Source of the DNA: Minisyncoccota bacterium
GTDB lineage: Bacteria; Patescibacteriota; Minisyncoccia; Phycocordibacterales; UBA9973
DNA length: 64,000 bases
Direction of reading: 5' to 3'
Assembly: GCA_018061145.1 (NCBI GenBank)
Contig: JAGOUR010000002.1
Coordinates: 1,939-65,938, forward strand
Shown: positions 29,885 through 39,455 of the stretch, piece by piece
Numbering within the stretch: the stretch's first letter is position 1
How the letters are laid out: every line of letters begins with the position of its first letter
Translations under genes and position numbers: made by a program
Notes under the pieces: generated by a model
Databases searched by the model: none
The model's input: only the letters and a program-made list of their open reading frames with translations
Told to the model about the DNA's origin: nothing

Positions 29885-30376
29885 TTATGCTTTCTTGATA
29901 TTCTTTATAGTCTTTTCTGTAGTACCCTTGTCAGACTGATCTGCGAGAAGTTTTTCTGTAGCAGAAACAACTAGAGATACTATCTCTTTTTTAGCTTCAT
30001 CTACCATCTTGATCTTTTCTGCTTCTAGATTCTTCTTACCATTTGCAACCATATTCTCTACTTCAATAGCAGCGGATTCTAGCATCTCGGCCTTTTTAGC
30101 TTCTGCTTCTTTCTTGCCACTCTGGAATAGCTCGTGAGCCTCGGCTTTTGCCTGGGCGATTGTAGCTTCGTAGTCTTTTTGAGTGTTTTCCACTAGTGTG
30201 GCATTTTCCTTTGCATCAGACAGACCCTTTTCTATCATCTCTGTTCTCTCTGTCATAACCTTTTTCAAAGGCTTTAAAGCAAGAAAGTACAATACGACGA
30301 TAACCACAGCAAAGTTCACAACTTGTGCGATGATGATTTTAAGGTCTATATGAAATGTTGAGATGAATGAGTCCAT
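29885..30376 (-). CDS. atpF: F0 ATP synthase b subunit
   Basis: A single N-terminal TM helix followed by a long charged coiled coil. Confidence 0.8.
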   Translation of the reverse strand: MDSFISTFHIDLKIIIAQVVNFAVVIVVLYFLALKPLKKVMTERTEMIEKGLSDAKENATLVENTQKDYEATIAQAKAEAHELFQSGKKEAEAKKAEMLESAAIEVENMVANGKKNLEAEKIKMVDEAKKEIVSLVVSATEKLLADQSDKGTTEKTIKNIKKA

Positions 30377-30470
30377 GATAAGTAAAATTTTTAATGATTA
30401 ATTTTTGAATTTTTAAATAATGTATAAATGTTTTAATTTTTAAAATTAAAAATTTTAAATTATAAAATTC
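30377..30470. repeat. AT-rich intergenic repeat element, family member C
   Basis: Shares AATTTTTGAATTTTTAA and AAAATTAAAAATTTTAAATTA(T/C)AAAATT with element D. Confidence 0.5.
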
Positions 30471-30542
30471 TGCGGAGCATTTGCTCCTAACTCCTAACTA
30501 CTAGATGATAGAAACTAGTAGATAGATGTCAGTAGCAAAAAA

Positions 30543-30785
<243 letters not shown>

Positions 30786-30808
30786 CTAATAATATTTGAC
30801 CTCAAATT

Positions 30809-31726
30809 TTAATGCGCCACTGCGCCATCCTGAACTGTCTTGCTGTGATCTTCATGCTCATCATGCTCTTCGTGGTCCTGAGAAGCGATGGTGTAGTACA
30901 CCAAAGTCAGGATGGCAAAGATAAATGCCTGAATAACTCCAACAAAAACTTCAAGAATCAAGAATGGGATAGGCACAGCGTATGCTAGAACTGCTGCCAT
31001 AGATGCTAGCAATACCTCACCTGCGAATACGTTACCAAAGAGACGGAATGACAGTGAGGCGATTTTTGCAAACTCACCTATTAATTCCAAGAATCCAATA
31101 GCGAAAGTAATAGGTGCCGTCAGGATGATAATAGGATCCTTCTTTATCTTGGTAAATATACTACCAAGCGCATTAAGATTAACATATTTATTGATTGTTT
31201 TCCATAAACCGATAGATATGATACCAAAGATATTTGCACCCAATATAGAGATGAGAGCTAGAGCCAAGTTTCCATTGATATCGGCTGTACCACTACGGAT
31301 AAGAGGGATAAAAGCTTGCCCGTGATCAGTCTGCTCTAATAGGCCAAAACCACCCAGTGGCAATATACCCATCCAGTTACTGAGTAATATAAATATAAAT
31401 ACTGGGAAAACCATAGGGAAAGCCTTTTCAGATATCTTCCTGTCTCCAGTCACCTGATCAGCCAGAGACATAGCCCCATCGATAACGAACTCAAAGAAAT
31501 TTTGAATACCCCGAGGAACCTGCTTGATTTTAAATTTTAGAACTAATGCAAAAATTACTATAACACCAACCACGATCCAGCTAGTGAGGAGTGCATTGGT
31601 AATCGGTAATGGGCCGATATCCCCTATATGCTCTGCATATAGAGTCGCTTCATGAGACACCCCCTCAGAAGCAGCCTCGGCTTTTTTAATATTAAAAAAT
31701 ATTTCGTTGTAATTATTTTTGGTCAT
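30809..31726 (-). CDS. atpB: F0 ATP synthase a subunit
   Basis: Multi-TM with the conserved Arg in SLSFRLFGNVFAGE. Confidence 0.9.
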   Translation of the reverse strand: MTKNNYNEIFFNIKKAEAASEGVSHEATLYAEHIGDIGPLPITNALLTSWIVVGVIVIFALVLKFKIKQVPRGIQNFFEFVIDGAMSLADQVTGDRKISEKAFPMVFPVFIFILLSNWMGILPLGGFGLLEQTDHGQAFIPLIRSGTADINGNLALALISILGANIFGIISIGLWKTINKYVNLNALGSIFTKIKKDPIIILTAPITFAIGFLELIGEFAKIASLSFRLFGNVFAGEVLLASMAAVLAYAVPIPFLILEVFVGVIQAFIFAILTLVYYTIASQDHEEHDEHEDHSKTVQDGAVAH

Positions 31727-31973
31727 TATTTTTTATATTTTCTTTTTCTATGTCTTTAATGTAACTCATGGAAAATCTCACAATACCGTAAATCGTAATC
31801 ATAAAAGCGAGTATTGTAAGAGAAATAAAGATTATAGGTTCTGTATTGTATTTTTTATCTAAAAACTTACCCAATACTAGTGATACGATGATAGGAACAG
31901 CAATCCAAGAAGAAATCTTCATAGCTATACCCAATCCATCTACCCACCATTTTTTTTGAATATTTTTTTCCAT
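31713..31973 (-). CDS. AtpI/AtpZ-like small membrane protein
   Basis: A two-TM protein that overlaps the atpB start. The position is conserved. Confidence 0.55.
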   Translation of the reverse strand: MEKNIQKKWWVDGLGIAMKISSWIAVPIIVSLVLGKFLDKKYNTEPIIFISLTILAFMITIYGIVRFSMSYIKDIEKENIKNNDQK

Positions 31974-32051
31974 AAAAAGAAAAGGCCTCTGCCTTATAAA
32001 ACCTGATCACCTGCATTGCTGTCAGAAAATCAAAAAAGTATTCCGCCCTAC

Positions 32052-32123
32052 GTGAGCGTGGATGGAATCGGACCATCGACCTCTGTCTTATCAGGACAGC
32101 GTTCTACCACTGAACTACACGCT
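32052..32123 (-). tRNA. tRNA-Ile (anticodon GAU), no encoded CCA
   Basis: Manual fold: acceptor GAGCGUG/CACGCUC, D arm GUUC-AGUGGUA-GAAC, anticodon stem CUGUC/GACAG with loop CUGAUAA, T arm GAUGG-UCCGAUU-CCAUC. Confidence 0.75.
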
Positions 32124-32277
32124 CACGTAAAGAATAATAACTTTTTTAATTTTTGACGAACAAAACTAAACAAAACCTGCAAATGGCAGGCACACCAAAT
32201 ATAGCAAAAAATTGACTTTAAAGCAAACAAATAGCCTGCCGTAAAATACGACAGGCTATTTCATTTAGTGCACACTA

Positions 32278-33036
32278 CTAGAAGTCCATAAGTCTTTGGT
32301 ATCTAGATTTTTCGATTAATTTTACCGGAATTGAAAGAAACTTATTTTCCATTAAGGAATACAGATCATTTCTACAATTTGGGTTTTTCAATCGGATCTC
32401 ATAATCCTTAAAATTACGATCTCCCATTGAAAAGGAGCAATTGTCTAAAGTAACACCCCCTTCGAAGATCAACGAACGAGTGCTGCTAATAAATCCAACC
32501 TTTTCAACTCCCGCGAAAGCCGGGCGAATCTTGGAATTTTCGAATACCGAAGCCGGGATCTTTGTTTTTTTTGAAATCTCCCATTCTTCAACTTCTAATG
32601 CTGTAAGTTTGTAACAAAGGTAGGCCTCAATGCTTTTTTCGCGAAATTTCAAGGCAACTCTCTTTTCGCCATTAGGGTCTTTGTCTTCTCTGATACGCAA
32701 AGATGTACCATCATTTAACAATCTGTGGATTGGAAAATCATAGTAATGATCTTCTCTCAGTGAAGTTTGGCTAGTTTCGTGACGAAAAGCACAGAGCTTT
32801 TGATACTTGTCTTGATTTAAAAGAATTCTTTCCAATGTTTTCATATTGGAGGCATTCTCTAATTTTTCAGAAAAAGATAAGGTTTGGCTTGGGTTTATTT
32901 TTTTACCAAAGTTTAGTGCTTTCACCGCATTCGATGGAGCTGGAGCCGGATGTTCCGACAGGAAGCTTGATTTATTCATGATTACAAAAATTGGGTTTTC
33001 AAAATAATACACAAAAAATCCTAAAATGTCAAACAA
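32278..33036 (-). CDS. hypothetical protein, possibly CYTH-like; the true start is probably an internal Met
   Basis: ORF only. Weak resemblance to CYTH (RIREDKD...EIRLK). Confidence 0.35.
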   Translation of the reverse strand: MFDILGFFVYYFENPIFVIMNKSSFLSEHPAPAPSNAVKALNFGKKINPSQTLSFSEKLENASNMKTLERILLNQDKYQKLCAFRHETSQTSLREDHYYDFPIHRLLNDGTSLRIREDKDPNGEKRVALKFREKSIEAYLCYKLTALEVEEWEISKKTKIPASVFENSKIRPAFAGVEKVGFISSTRSLIFEGGVTLDNCSFSMGDRNFKDYEIRLKNPNCRNDLYSLMENKFLSIPVKLIEKSRYQRLMDF

Positions 33037-33066
33037 AAATCCCCGCCGAAGCGGGGATTTTTGTTT
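33036..33066 (-). terminator. hairpin terminator
   Basis: AAATCCCCGC-CGAA-GCGGGGATTTTTG. Confidence 0.6.
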
Positions 33067-33083
33067 GCATCATAATATAGATA

Positions 33084-33344
33084 TTATGCGCGTGGTGCCA
33101 TTGGGCGAGCCTCATTAACAGTTAGATTTCGACCATCGAAATCTTGACCATTAAACATTGAGATTGCTTTATCAGCATCAGCATCATTTTCCATTTCTAC
33201 GAATCCAAAACCTTTTGATCGGCCTGTCATCTTATCCATGATAATTGTTGCTGAAGATACTGAACCAGCACCTTCAAAGTGAGCTTTTAGCTCGTCGTTA
33301 GTAGTCTTGTAAGGAAGACCACCAACATATAATTTCTTTGCCAT
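33084..33344 (-). CDS. RRM-type RNA-binding protein (86 aa) with a roughly 150-nt 5' leader
   Basis: RNP2 is LYVGGL and RNP1 is KGFGFVEM. The start is the internal MAKK. Confidence 0.85.
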   Translation of the reverse strand: MAKKLYVGGLPYKTTNDELKAHFEGAGSVSSATIIMDKMTGRSKGFGFVEMENDADADKAISMFNGQDFDGRNLTVNEARPMAPRA

Positions 33345-33494
33345 ATATGACAATGTGATTCTCGGAATAATACTTTGCAATATTAATCTCTGAATAAAAC
33401 TAATTTATAAATGTAATCGCAGAAGCCTGATTTCATTTACATACCTCAATGTTTACCACAACGAAGAATGCAACTCACCAAAACATAACGCAAA

Positions 33495-33523
33495 CTACTG
33501 GAGGAAAGTATACCAGAGATATA
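33495..33523 (-). promoter_or_regulatory. sigma70-like promoter for the RRM gene
   Basis: TTGCAC-N17-TATACT in minus orientation, about 150 nt upstream of the start. Confidence 0.4.
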
Positions 33524-33540
33524 TAAAAGGTGCAAATACA

Positions 33541-33569
33541 AAAATACCTATACAATATAGGTATTTTTA
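33541..33569 (-). terminator. terminator after prfA
   Basis: AAAATACCTATA-CAA-TATAGGTATTTT. Confidence 0.55.
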
Positions 33570-34538
33570 TTCTTCATCGGTAGCGTCACCAGTCTCACCG
33601 GATGCTAATGCATCGATAATCTTTTCTATCTTACCCTCCATTATGCCTGGGATATTACTCCATGATTGGCGAATGCGGTGATCAGTCACACGGTCCTGCG
33701 GGAAGTTATAAGTACGAATCTTTTCACTTCTATCCCCTGTACCGATTTGATTCTTTCTATCTGCAGAGTATTTCTTTGCTTCTTCTTCTTCTTTCATAGC
33801 TTCGATCTTGGCTGTCAGGATCTGCATAGCCTTTTCTCTGTTCCCTAGCTGTGTACGCTCTGATGTACATCGCACATCGAGTCCTGTAGGCTTGTGGATG
33901 AGTCGAACAGCAGTCTCCACCTTGTTCACATTTTGACCGCCGGCACCACCAGATCGTGAATACTCCATATCTAGGTCTGCAGGGTTGATTTCAAACTTTG
34001 CCTTCTTGCGGATAGGCAGTACAGCTACAGATGCTGTAGATGTGTGAATACGTCCATTCTTCTCTGTAGAAGGTATGCGCTGGACACGATGAACCCCTGT
34101 CTCGTAGCGGAGCAATTTATAGCAATCTTTTCCGCGAATTTCAAAAGAAGCTTCTTTGTAACCACCGACATCATTTGCGGATTCATAGTTTGTTTTCCAT
34201 CCCCATCCGAGTTCTTCTGCATACATCTCGTACATATGCGCTAGTTGCCATGCGAATAGTGATGCCTCATCTCCACCGGCACCTGCACGAACTTCGAGAA
34301 TTATTTCATTTGGGAATTCCTCTTCTTCTTTTTCAGATTTCATTATTTCCTCCACTTGTCTCTCGATACCGTCTTTTTGGAATTTGATATTTTGAAGCTC
34401 CTCTTCGGCTAGGTCTTTCATGCTCTCGTCTTCGGCCACCATATCATTCACCTTCTTCTCCTCAGATAAAAGACGCTCGTATTCATGTGCGAGATAGCTA
34501 GTCTTGTGATTGTTCTTTAATTCAGTTAGGTCTAACAT
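33567..34538 (-). CDS. prfA: peptide chain release factor, RF1 type (PST tripeptide, GGQ), short (323 aa)
   Basis: The GGQ motif is in [18 protein letters not shown]. The discriminator is [17 protein letters not shown] (P-x-T, as in RF1, not the RF2 SPF). There is no frameshift site. Confidence 0.75.
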   Translation of the reverse strand: MLDLTELKNNHKTSYLAHEYERLLSEEKKVNDMVAEDESMKDLAEEELQNIKFQKDGIERQVEEIMKSEKEEEEFPNEIILEVRAGAGGDEASLFAWQLAHMYEMYAEELGWGWKTNYESANDVGGYKEASFEIRGKDCYKLLRYETGVHRVQRIPSTEKNGRIHTSTASVAVLPIRKKAKFEINPADLDMEYSRSGGAGGQNVNKVETAVRLIHKPTGLDVRCTSERTQLGNREKAMQILTAKIEAMKEEEEAKKYSADRKNQIGTGDRSEKIRTYNFPQDRVTDHRIRQSWSNIPGIMEGKIEKIIDALASGETGDATDEE

Positions 34539-34680
34539 ACAATTTTTGAATTTTTAATTTTGTAATTTTTAAATAATATCTAAATGAATTAATTTTTTAA
34601 AACATTTTTTATAAAATTAAAAATTTTAAATTACAAAATTTTATACTTATATTATAACAGAAGGCAAACAAAAAACCGCC
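34539..34680. repeat. AT-rich intergenic repeat element, family member D, containing the best promoter-like core
   Basis: In minus orientation it reads TTGTAA-N17-TATAAA (-35 at 34631-34636, -10 at 34608-34613), about 60 nt upstream of prfA. Confidence 0.5.
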
Positions 34681-34705
34681 CCAAAAGAGCGATCTTTTAT
34701 ATAAG

Positions 34706-34915
34706 CTATTTTTTTACTGCTGCTGCACGCTTTTTGAAACGGTCCACACGTCCTGCTGTGTCTAGAACCTTTTCGTTTCCAGTATAGAATGGGTGACACT
34801 GACTGCAGATTTCAACATTGATTTCTTTTGCTGTTGAACCTACTGCAAAATTAGCTCCGCATGCGCAAGTAACTTTTGTATTGTTATCGTATTTTGGGTG
34901 AATATCTTTCTTCAT
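34706..34915 (-). CDS. rpmE: 50S ribosomal protein L31
   Basis: MKKDIHPKY...VTCACG...[10 protein letters not shown]. Confidence 0.9.
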   Translation of the reverse strand: MKKDIHPKYDNNTKVTCACGANFAVGSTAKEINVEICSQCHPFYTGNEKVLDTAGRVDRFKKRAAAVKK

Positions 34916-34941
34916 AGTTTTGTTATATTAGCACGACTTTA

Positions 34942-36288
34942 TTAATTTTGCAACAAATCGATATTTGACTGGATTTTAGCAGTTTTGGTCATAACACTGT
35001 TCCCATAGCTAGTATTCCCCGTCACAAGGCCACAAGATCTACCTGAGTAGTATTTGCAGGCAGCATTCCTCTCGGCTGTATAACCACCCTTGTTTGCCCC
35101 TAGATCAGCTAAATACATAGCAGAAGCCATAAAAGCATCTCGAGCATACCATGGGTCAGGATTAGAAATTCCCAGAGCGCTAGCGATTCTAGACTTTAAT
35201 ATCATCCAAGTAGAAGGTATGAACTGAGCAGGACCCATAGCCCCACCATAACCAAATCCACCAATAGGACAAGACACTAGAGTCTTGTATGGGTCACGAC
35301 CTACACTCTGTGTAATCTCAAAGAATGGTTTTACGTCACGAGTAGGCTTCATCACATTCTTGAAAATCTTGCCACTACGAGAGCTCACGCCAGTACCAGT
35401 ATTGATATCTGTGACGTAGCAAGAACCTTGATCAGTACCCAGATTACTCTCCTGAGTGAGTATTCCTAGAACAAATGCGGCACGCACACCGGTCTTCTCC
35501 GAGGCCAAATTGGCATATTCTAGAGCTTTTGAGAATGGGATAGCCCCAGTATCACGCAGACCGAAGAGTGCAGTTAATATCTCACTCTTTCTCTTGGCTT
35601 TTTCGGCTAGAACTTTTTGGTATTCAGCTTCTTTATTTTTACTAATAGAAAGAAGCTGCTTTTTATCTTTTTCATTCTGCTCAACTTTCTTTTTTGTATT
35701 CTCGAGCTCTACTTTTACATCGAGCTGTTTATCTTTTTGAATTTCTAGATTTTTCTTTTCTGATTCCGTCTCATTCCTAGCATGTCTTATCACACCCACT
35801 GAATCTCCGATAGAATCAGACAAAGCCATGAACTTATCAAATTCTCCATATACATCAGAGATAGACTCACCAGATAATACAAAAGAGACGACAGATTTAT
35901 CATCTATCTCACGGCTCTTGCGAACAAGCTGGGCCAATGTCTGCTTTTCAGATTCAATCTTCTCGGTCAATGTCTGAATTTTTTTATTCTTTTGAACTAT
36001 CTCACCTCCTAATTTTTGAATAACTAGATTTTTGGCCTGAATTTCTTTTTTAGATTTCTCGATCTGAGAAGTAAGGAGCTTGATATCCCCTGACAAAGTA
36101 GCGGATTTACCCTTTTGCTTGTCGAGCTGTTTTTGCTTTGCTGCTATGTCCTTTTCGAGGTTTGCGAGCTCTGCTTCTAGCTTTGCACGATCAGCCTGAG
36201 CATTGGAAAGATCACTAGCGAGAACCCCCGTAGGACCAAAAACAAAAAAAGATATGAGCACTATGCATAATAAAAACCGTATCTTCAT
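34942..36288 (-). CDS. secreted coiled-coil protein with a C-terminal lytic-transglycosylase-like (SLT_2/MltB-like) domain
   Basis: A signal peptide precedes a roughly 230-aa coiled coil, then GYGGAMGPAQFIPSTW. Confidence 0.65.
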   Translation of the reverse strand: MKIRFLLCIVLISFFVFGPTGVLASDLSNAQADRAKLEAELANLEKDIAAKQKQLDKQKGKSATLSGDIKLLTSQIEKSKKEIQAKNLVIQKLGGEIVQKNKKIQTLTEKIESEKQTLAQLVRKSREIDDKSVVSFVLSGESISDVYGEFDKFMALSDSIGDSVGVIRHARNETESEKKNLEIQKDKQLDVKVELENTKKKVEQNEKDKKQLLSISKNKEAEYQKVLAEKAKRKSEILTALFGLRDTGAIPFSKALEYANLASEKTGVRAAFVLGILTQESNLGTDQGSCYVTDINTGTGVSSRSGKIFKNVMKPTRDVKPFFEITQSVGRDPYKTLVSCPIGGFGYGGAMGPAQFIPSTWMILKSRIASALGISNPDPWYARDAFMASAMYLADLGANKGGYTAERNAACKYYSGRSCGLVTGNTSYGNSVMTKTAKIQSNIDLLQN

Positions 36289-36316
36289 ACGGTTTTTATT
36301 ATAGCATATTTTTGTA

Positions 36317-36946
36317 TTATTCAGCTGCTGCTTCCTCTTCTTTCTTGCCTTTTTTCTCTACTTCTATAGATGATAGGTCAACTGGAGCAGATTCAACTTC
36401 TTCTTTTGCGGCTGCAACCAATGCTACTACCTCTTCTGTGTCTGAGATCATAGTCACACCTGCTGGTAGGACTAGATCTGATACGTGGATTTGATTCTCG
36501 AGAGTCTCGAGAGTAGAGATGTCTACTGTGATGTGTGCTGGTATATCCTTTGGAAGAGCACTGATCTCTACCTCGTGGATAACTTTTACTAGACTACCTA
36601 GACCTGCCTTTTCTGCAGGTGCTACACCTGTAAATTCAAGTGGAACTGCCACTTCGATAGGCTTGTTCATATCCACTGCTAGGAAATCTACGTGCTTTGG
36701 AAATCCTTTGATTGGGTCTACTTGCACTTCATGAATAAGAACGTCGATGTTCTTGCCCTCTAGAGATAGCACGAGAGTACTTGATTCTCCTGCACCTTTC
36801 CAAACTTTTATAAAATCGATACTTGGAACGGAAATAGATGTATTATCCACTTTCGCGCCATAGACTACAGCTGGCACCATACCGTTACTTCGTACGATTG
36901 CTAGCTTTTCAGCCTTACTTCGCTTTGTTGCGTTTAATGTTTTCAT
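36317..36946 (-). CDS. rplY: 50S ribosomal protein L25/general stress protein Ctc
   Basis: KRSKAEKLAIVRSNGMVPAVVYG... plus an acidic C-terminal tail. Confidence 0.85.
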   Translation of the reverse strand: MKTLNATKRSKAEKLAIVRSNGMVPAVVYGAKVDNTSISVPSIDFIKVWKGAGESSTLVLSLEGKNIDVLIHEVQVDPIKGFPKHVDFLAVDMNKPIEVAVPLEFTGVAPAEKAGLGSLVKVIHEVEISALPKDIPAHITVDISTLETLENQIHVSDLVLPAGVTMISDTEEVVALVAAAKEEVESAPVDLSSIEVEKKGKKEEEAAAE

Positions 36947-37037
36947 GGGTCAAATATTAACATTAAAAGCTCTTTTTTGCAAATACTATTGACAATATTC
37001 ACATATTTGATTTAATTAAAATAAAAAGGAGGATATA

Positions 37038-37169
37038 TGAAAAACAAGCTACCGAGATTTGTTCGTTTAATTAGAGTGTGGTTTTGGCGTACTATTATAC
37101 CCCTCGAAAAAGATGGCTTTTGGATGATGTTCAACATGTCCAAAACTCGAAAAAATTTTTGGGAATAAA
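37038..37169 (+). CDS. small Trp-rich peptide (43 aa) with a strong Shine-Dalgarno
   Basis: AAAAAGGAGGATAT-ATG; MKNKLPRFVRLIRVWFWRTIIPLEKDGFWMMFNMSKTRKNFWE. Confidence 0.3.
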
Positions 37170-37186
37170 TAAAAAGGAGGAATAAT

Positions 37187-37444
37187 ATGCATAAAAAAGT
37201 ATCGCGATTAGTTGACTGGCTAACAACTAGTGCAACACGAATCACAGAAAGCAGAGGAAGAATCCCAAATGATTTAAGAGATTTCTACACATTTCTTTAT
37301 AACGAAGCAAAAAAGAGGACTCAGAATAATAGAGACTTAAGAAAGCTAATTATTAAAGAATTTGGATCTATTAAAACATGGGTAAAATCTTGCCTGTTTC
37401 AGTTCTCAAAAGACAGAGAACAGAGTTACGAGTTTGACTGGTAA
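37187..37444 (+). CDS. hypothetical protein (85 aa) with a strong Shine-Dalgarno
   Basis: AAAAAGGAGGAATAAT-ATG. A terminator follows. Confidence 0.4.
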   Translation: MHKKVSRLVDWLTTSATRITESRGRIPNDLRDFYTFLYNEAKKRTQNNRDLRKLIIKEFGSIKTWVKSCLFQFSKDREQSYEFDW

Positions 37445-37446
37445 AT

Positions 37447-37480
37447 AAAAAGGAGCCGACTTTGTCAGGCTCCTTTTTTG
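37447..37480. terminator. hairpin terminator
   Basis: AAAAGGAGCCGAC-TTT-GTCAGGCTCCTTTTTT. Confidence 0.6.
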
Positions 37481-37484
37481 TATC

Positions 37485-38942
37485 TTATTCTTTTGGCTTC
37501 ATCAATGGGAATAGTTGAGTCTCACGGATTGGCTTGTCTACCATAAATGAGAACAATCTCTCTCCAAAACCGAATCCACAAGTAGGTGGCATACCATGCT
37601 CTAGCATGTCTACGAATTCCCACTCTGGCATCATCGCCTCATCGTCCCCTCTCTCTATTAGTTTTTGCTGTAGTTCAAATCTTGCACGCTGGTCGATAGG
37701 ATCATTGAGTTCAGAGAATCCATTACCTACCTCAGAGCCAGCTATGATTATCTGGAATCGCTCAGTCAGATCAGGATTGTCACGGCAAGCTTTTGCCAGT
37801 GGTGATACGAGCTTTGGATGATGTATCAGGAATACTGGACCTGCGATATTCTTGCGACAGTATTTCCATAGTGTATCCATCAATCTCTCCCTGTTTTCTC
37901 CGTCATATTTTACTCCTAACTCGTCGAGCTTTTTCTTCATATCAGACTCGCTAGCAGACATGATATCGATACCTGTTTGTTTCAATACTTCATCCTTGTA
38001 TTCAATCACTGGCCAGTTACCTGCAAGATCAAAAGAGTGCCCTCGAGTACTAAATGTTGTAGTGCCAAAAACCTCAGTAGCTATTTTTTGGTATAACTCC
38101 TGAGAGAGCTTCATGCCATCTTTATAATTTGCATAACCCCAGTAGAATTCCATATTTGTGAATTCTTGTAGATGTTCTGGACTAGTGCCCTCGTTGCGAT
38201 ACACGCGACCTATTTCGAAAGTCTTTGGGAATCCAGCTGCCATCAGGCGCTTTTGCCAGAGCTCTCCTACAGAGATACGCATAAATACATCAATATCAAA
38301 ATCTTTATGATGAGTCTTGAATGGATTTGCTTCTGCACCACCAGTAGTGACCTCGAGAGTCGGAGTCTCTACCTCTAGGAATCCATGATCTTTCATAAAA
38401 TTACGAGTGACTTCCCAGAATTTAGATTTCTTGTAGAACATATCTGCTAGTCCTTCTGTAGTTAGGATATCTAGATATCTTTTTCTGAATCTCTCTTCTA
38501 CATCTTGGAGACCTGCCCATTTGTCTGGTAGTGGTGCTAGAGCTTTTGTTAGCATCCTCCAGCTATTCACCTCCACAGTAGCCTGACCAGTCTTTGTAGT
38601 GAATAGGGTTCCAGATACTTCGATAAAGTCCGCCATATCTACAGTATCTACGAATAGAGAGAACATCTCGTCTGCGAGTGCTCCCTTTTTCAATAGACCT
38701 TGGAATACCCCAGATCCATCATTTAGATTAAAAAATAGAATAGCCCCCTGTCCGCGTAAAGACATCACACGCCCACTGATCGTGACAGTCTTGCCATTCT
38801 CAGACAACATAGGGAAGCCATCGATCACCTCGCCGATTGTATAATCACGAAAAGACTCCGCTGTGAACGGATCCATATTCGCTTTTTTTAATAATTCAAT
38901 TTTTGCTAAACGCGCAGCGCGCAATTCTTCTGTTGAAGCCAT
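37485..38942 (-). CDS. lysS: lysine--tRNA ligase (class II)
   Basis: Class II motifs are present, including FEIGRVYRNEG (motif 2) and the motif 3 region. Length is 485 aa. Confidence 0.9.
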   Translation of the reverse strand: MASTEELRAARLAKIELLKKANMDPFTAESFRDYTIGEVIDGFPMLSENGKTVTISGRVMSLRGQGAILFFNLNDGSGVFQGLLKKGALADEMFSLFVDTVDMADFIEVSGTLFTTKTGQATVEVNSWRMLTKALAPLPDKWAGLQDVEERFRKRYLDILTTEGLADMFYKKSKFWEVTRNFMKDHGFLEVETPTLEVTTGGAEANPFKTHHKDFDIDVFMRISVGELWQKRLMAAGFPKTFEIGRVYRNEGTSPEHLQEFTNMEFYWGYANYKDGMKLSQELYQKIATEVFGTTTFSTRGHSFDLAGNWPVIEYKDEVLKQTGIDIMSASESDMKKKLDELGVKYDGENRERLMDTLWKYCRKNIAGPVFLIHHPKLVSPLAKACRDNPDLTERFQIIIAGSEVGNGFSELNDPIDQRARFELQQKLIERGDDEAMMPEWEFVDMLEHGMPPTCGFGFGERLFSFMVDKPIRETQLFPLMKPKE

Positions 38943-38946
38943 AATT

Positions 38947-39429
38947 CTATTCTATATCAAGTATAGTATATTTGGAAGCTCCTTTTGGCGTATTGATAGT
39001 GACTACATCACCCTTTTTCTTGCCAAATAGAGCAGCACCGAGTGGTGATTTGTTTGAGATTTTATTGTGCATCATATCAGCTTCTTCTGCTCCTACGATA
39101 CTGTATTTCACTCCATCCTTTGAACCATCTTTTTTGACGTGTACTGTTGTGCCGATCTCTACCTGATTGCTGTGATGCTTTTTTACGACTACAGCAGAAT
39201 TCAGCATATGGTCTATCTGATTAATACGATCCTCGGTCTTGCCTTGGTCCTCACGAGCCTGGTGATACTCTGCATTCTCAGATAGGTCACCTAGCGCCTT
39301 TGCAGCTTCTAAGGCCTCTAATATCTCCTTGCGACGAACAGTCTTCAGGTAGTGAAGTTCATCTATTAATAAGTCTTTTTTGTCTTCAGTTATATAATTT
39401 GTTTCATTCATGATTGGGTTATTATACAT
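38947..39429 (-). CDS. greA: transcription elongation factor GreA
   Basis: LGDLSENAEYHQARE plus the C-terminal FKBP-like domain. Confidence 0.85.
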   Translation of the reverse strand: MYNNPIMNETNYITEDKKDLLIDELHYLKTVRRKEILEALEAAKALGDLSENAEYHQAREDQGKTEDRINQIDHMLNSAVVVKKHHSNQVEIGTTVHVKKDGSKDGVKYSIVGAEEADMMHNKISNKSPLGAALFGKKKGDVVTINTPKGASKYTILDIE

Positions 39430-39455
39430 TTTTAGGGGTTATAAGTAAAGATAAT

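Noticed and set aside
31867-32076. 69-aa minus ORF
   Set aside because: It overlaps tRNA-Ile.
33567-34538. RF2 with a programmed frameshift
   Set aside because: The protein has the RF1-type P-x-T motif and a continuous frame, so there is no frameshift site.
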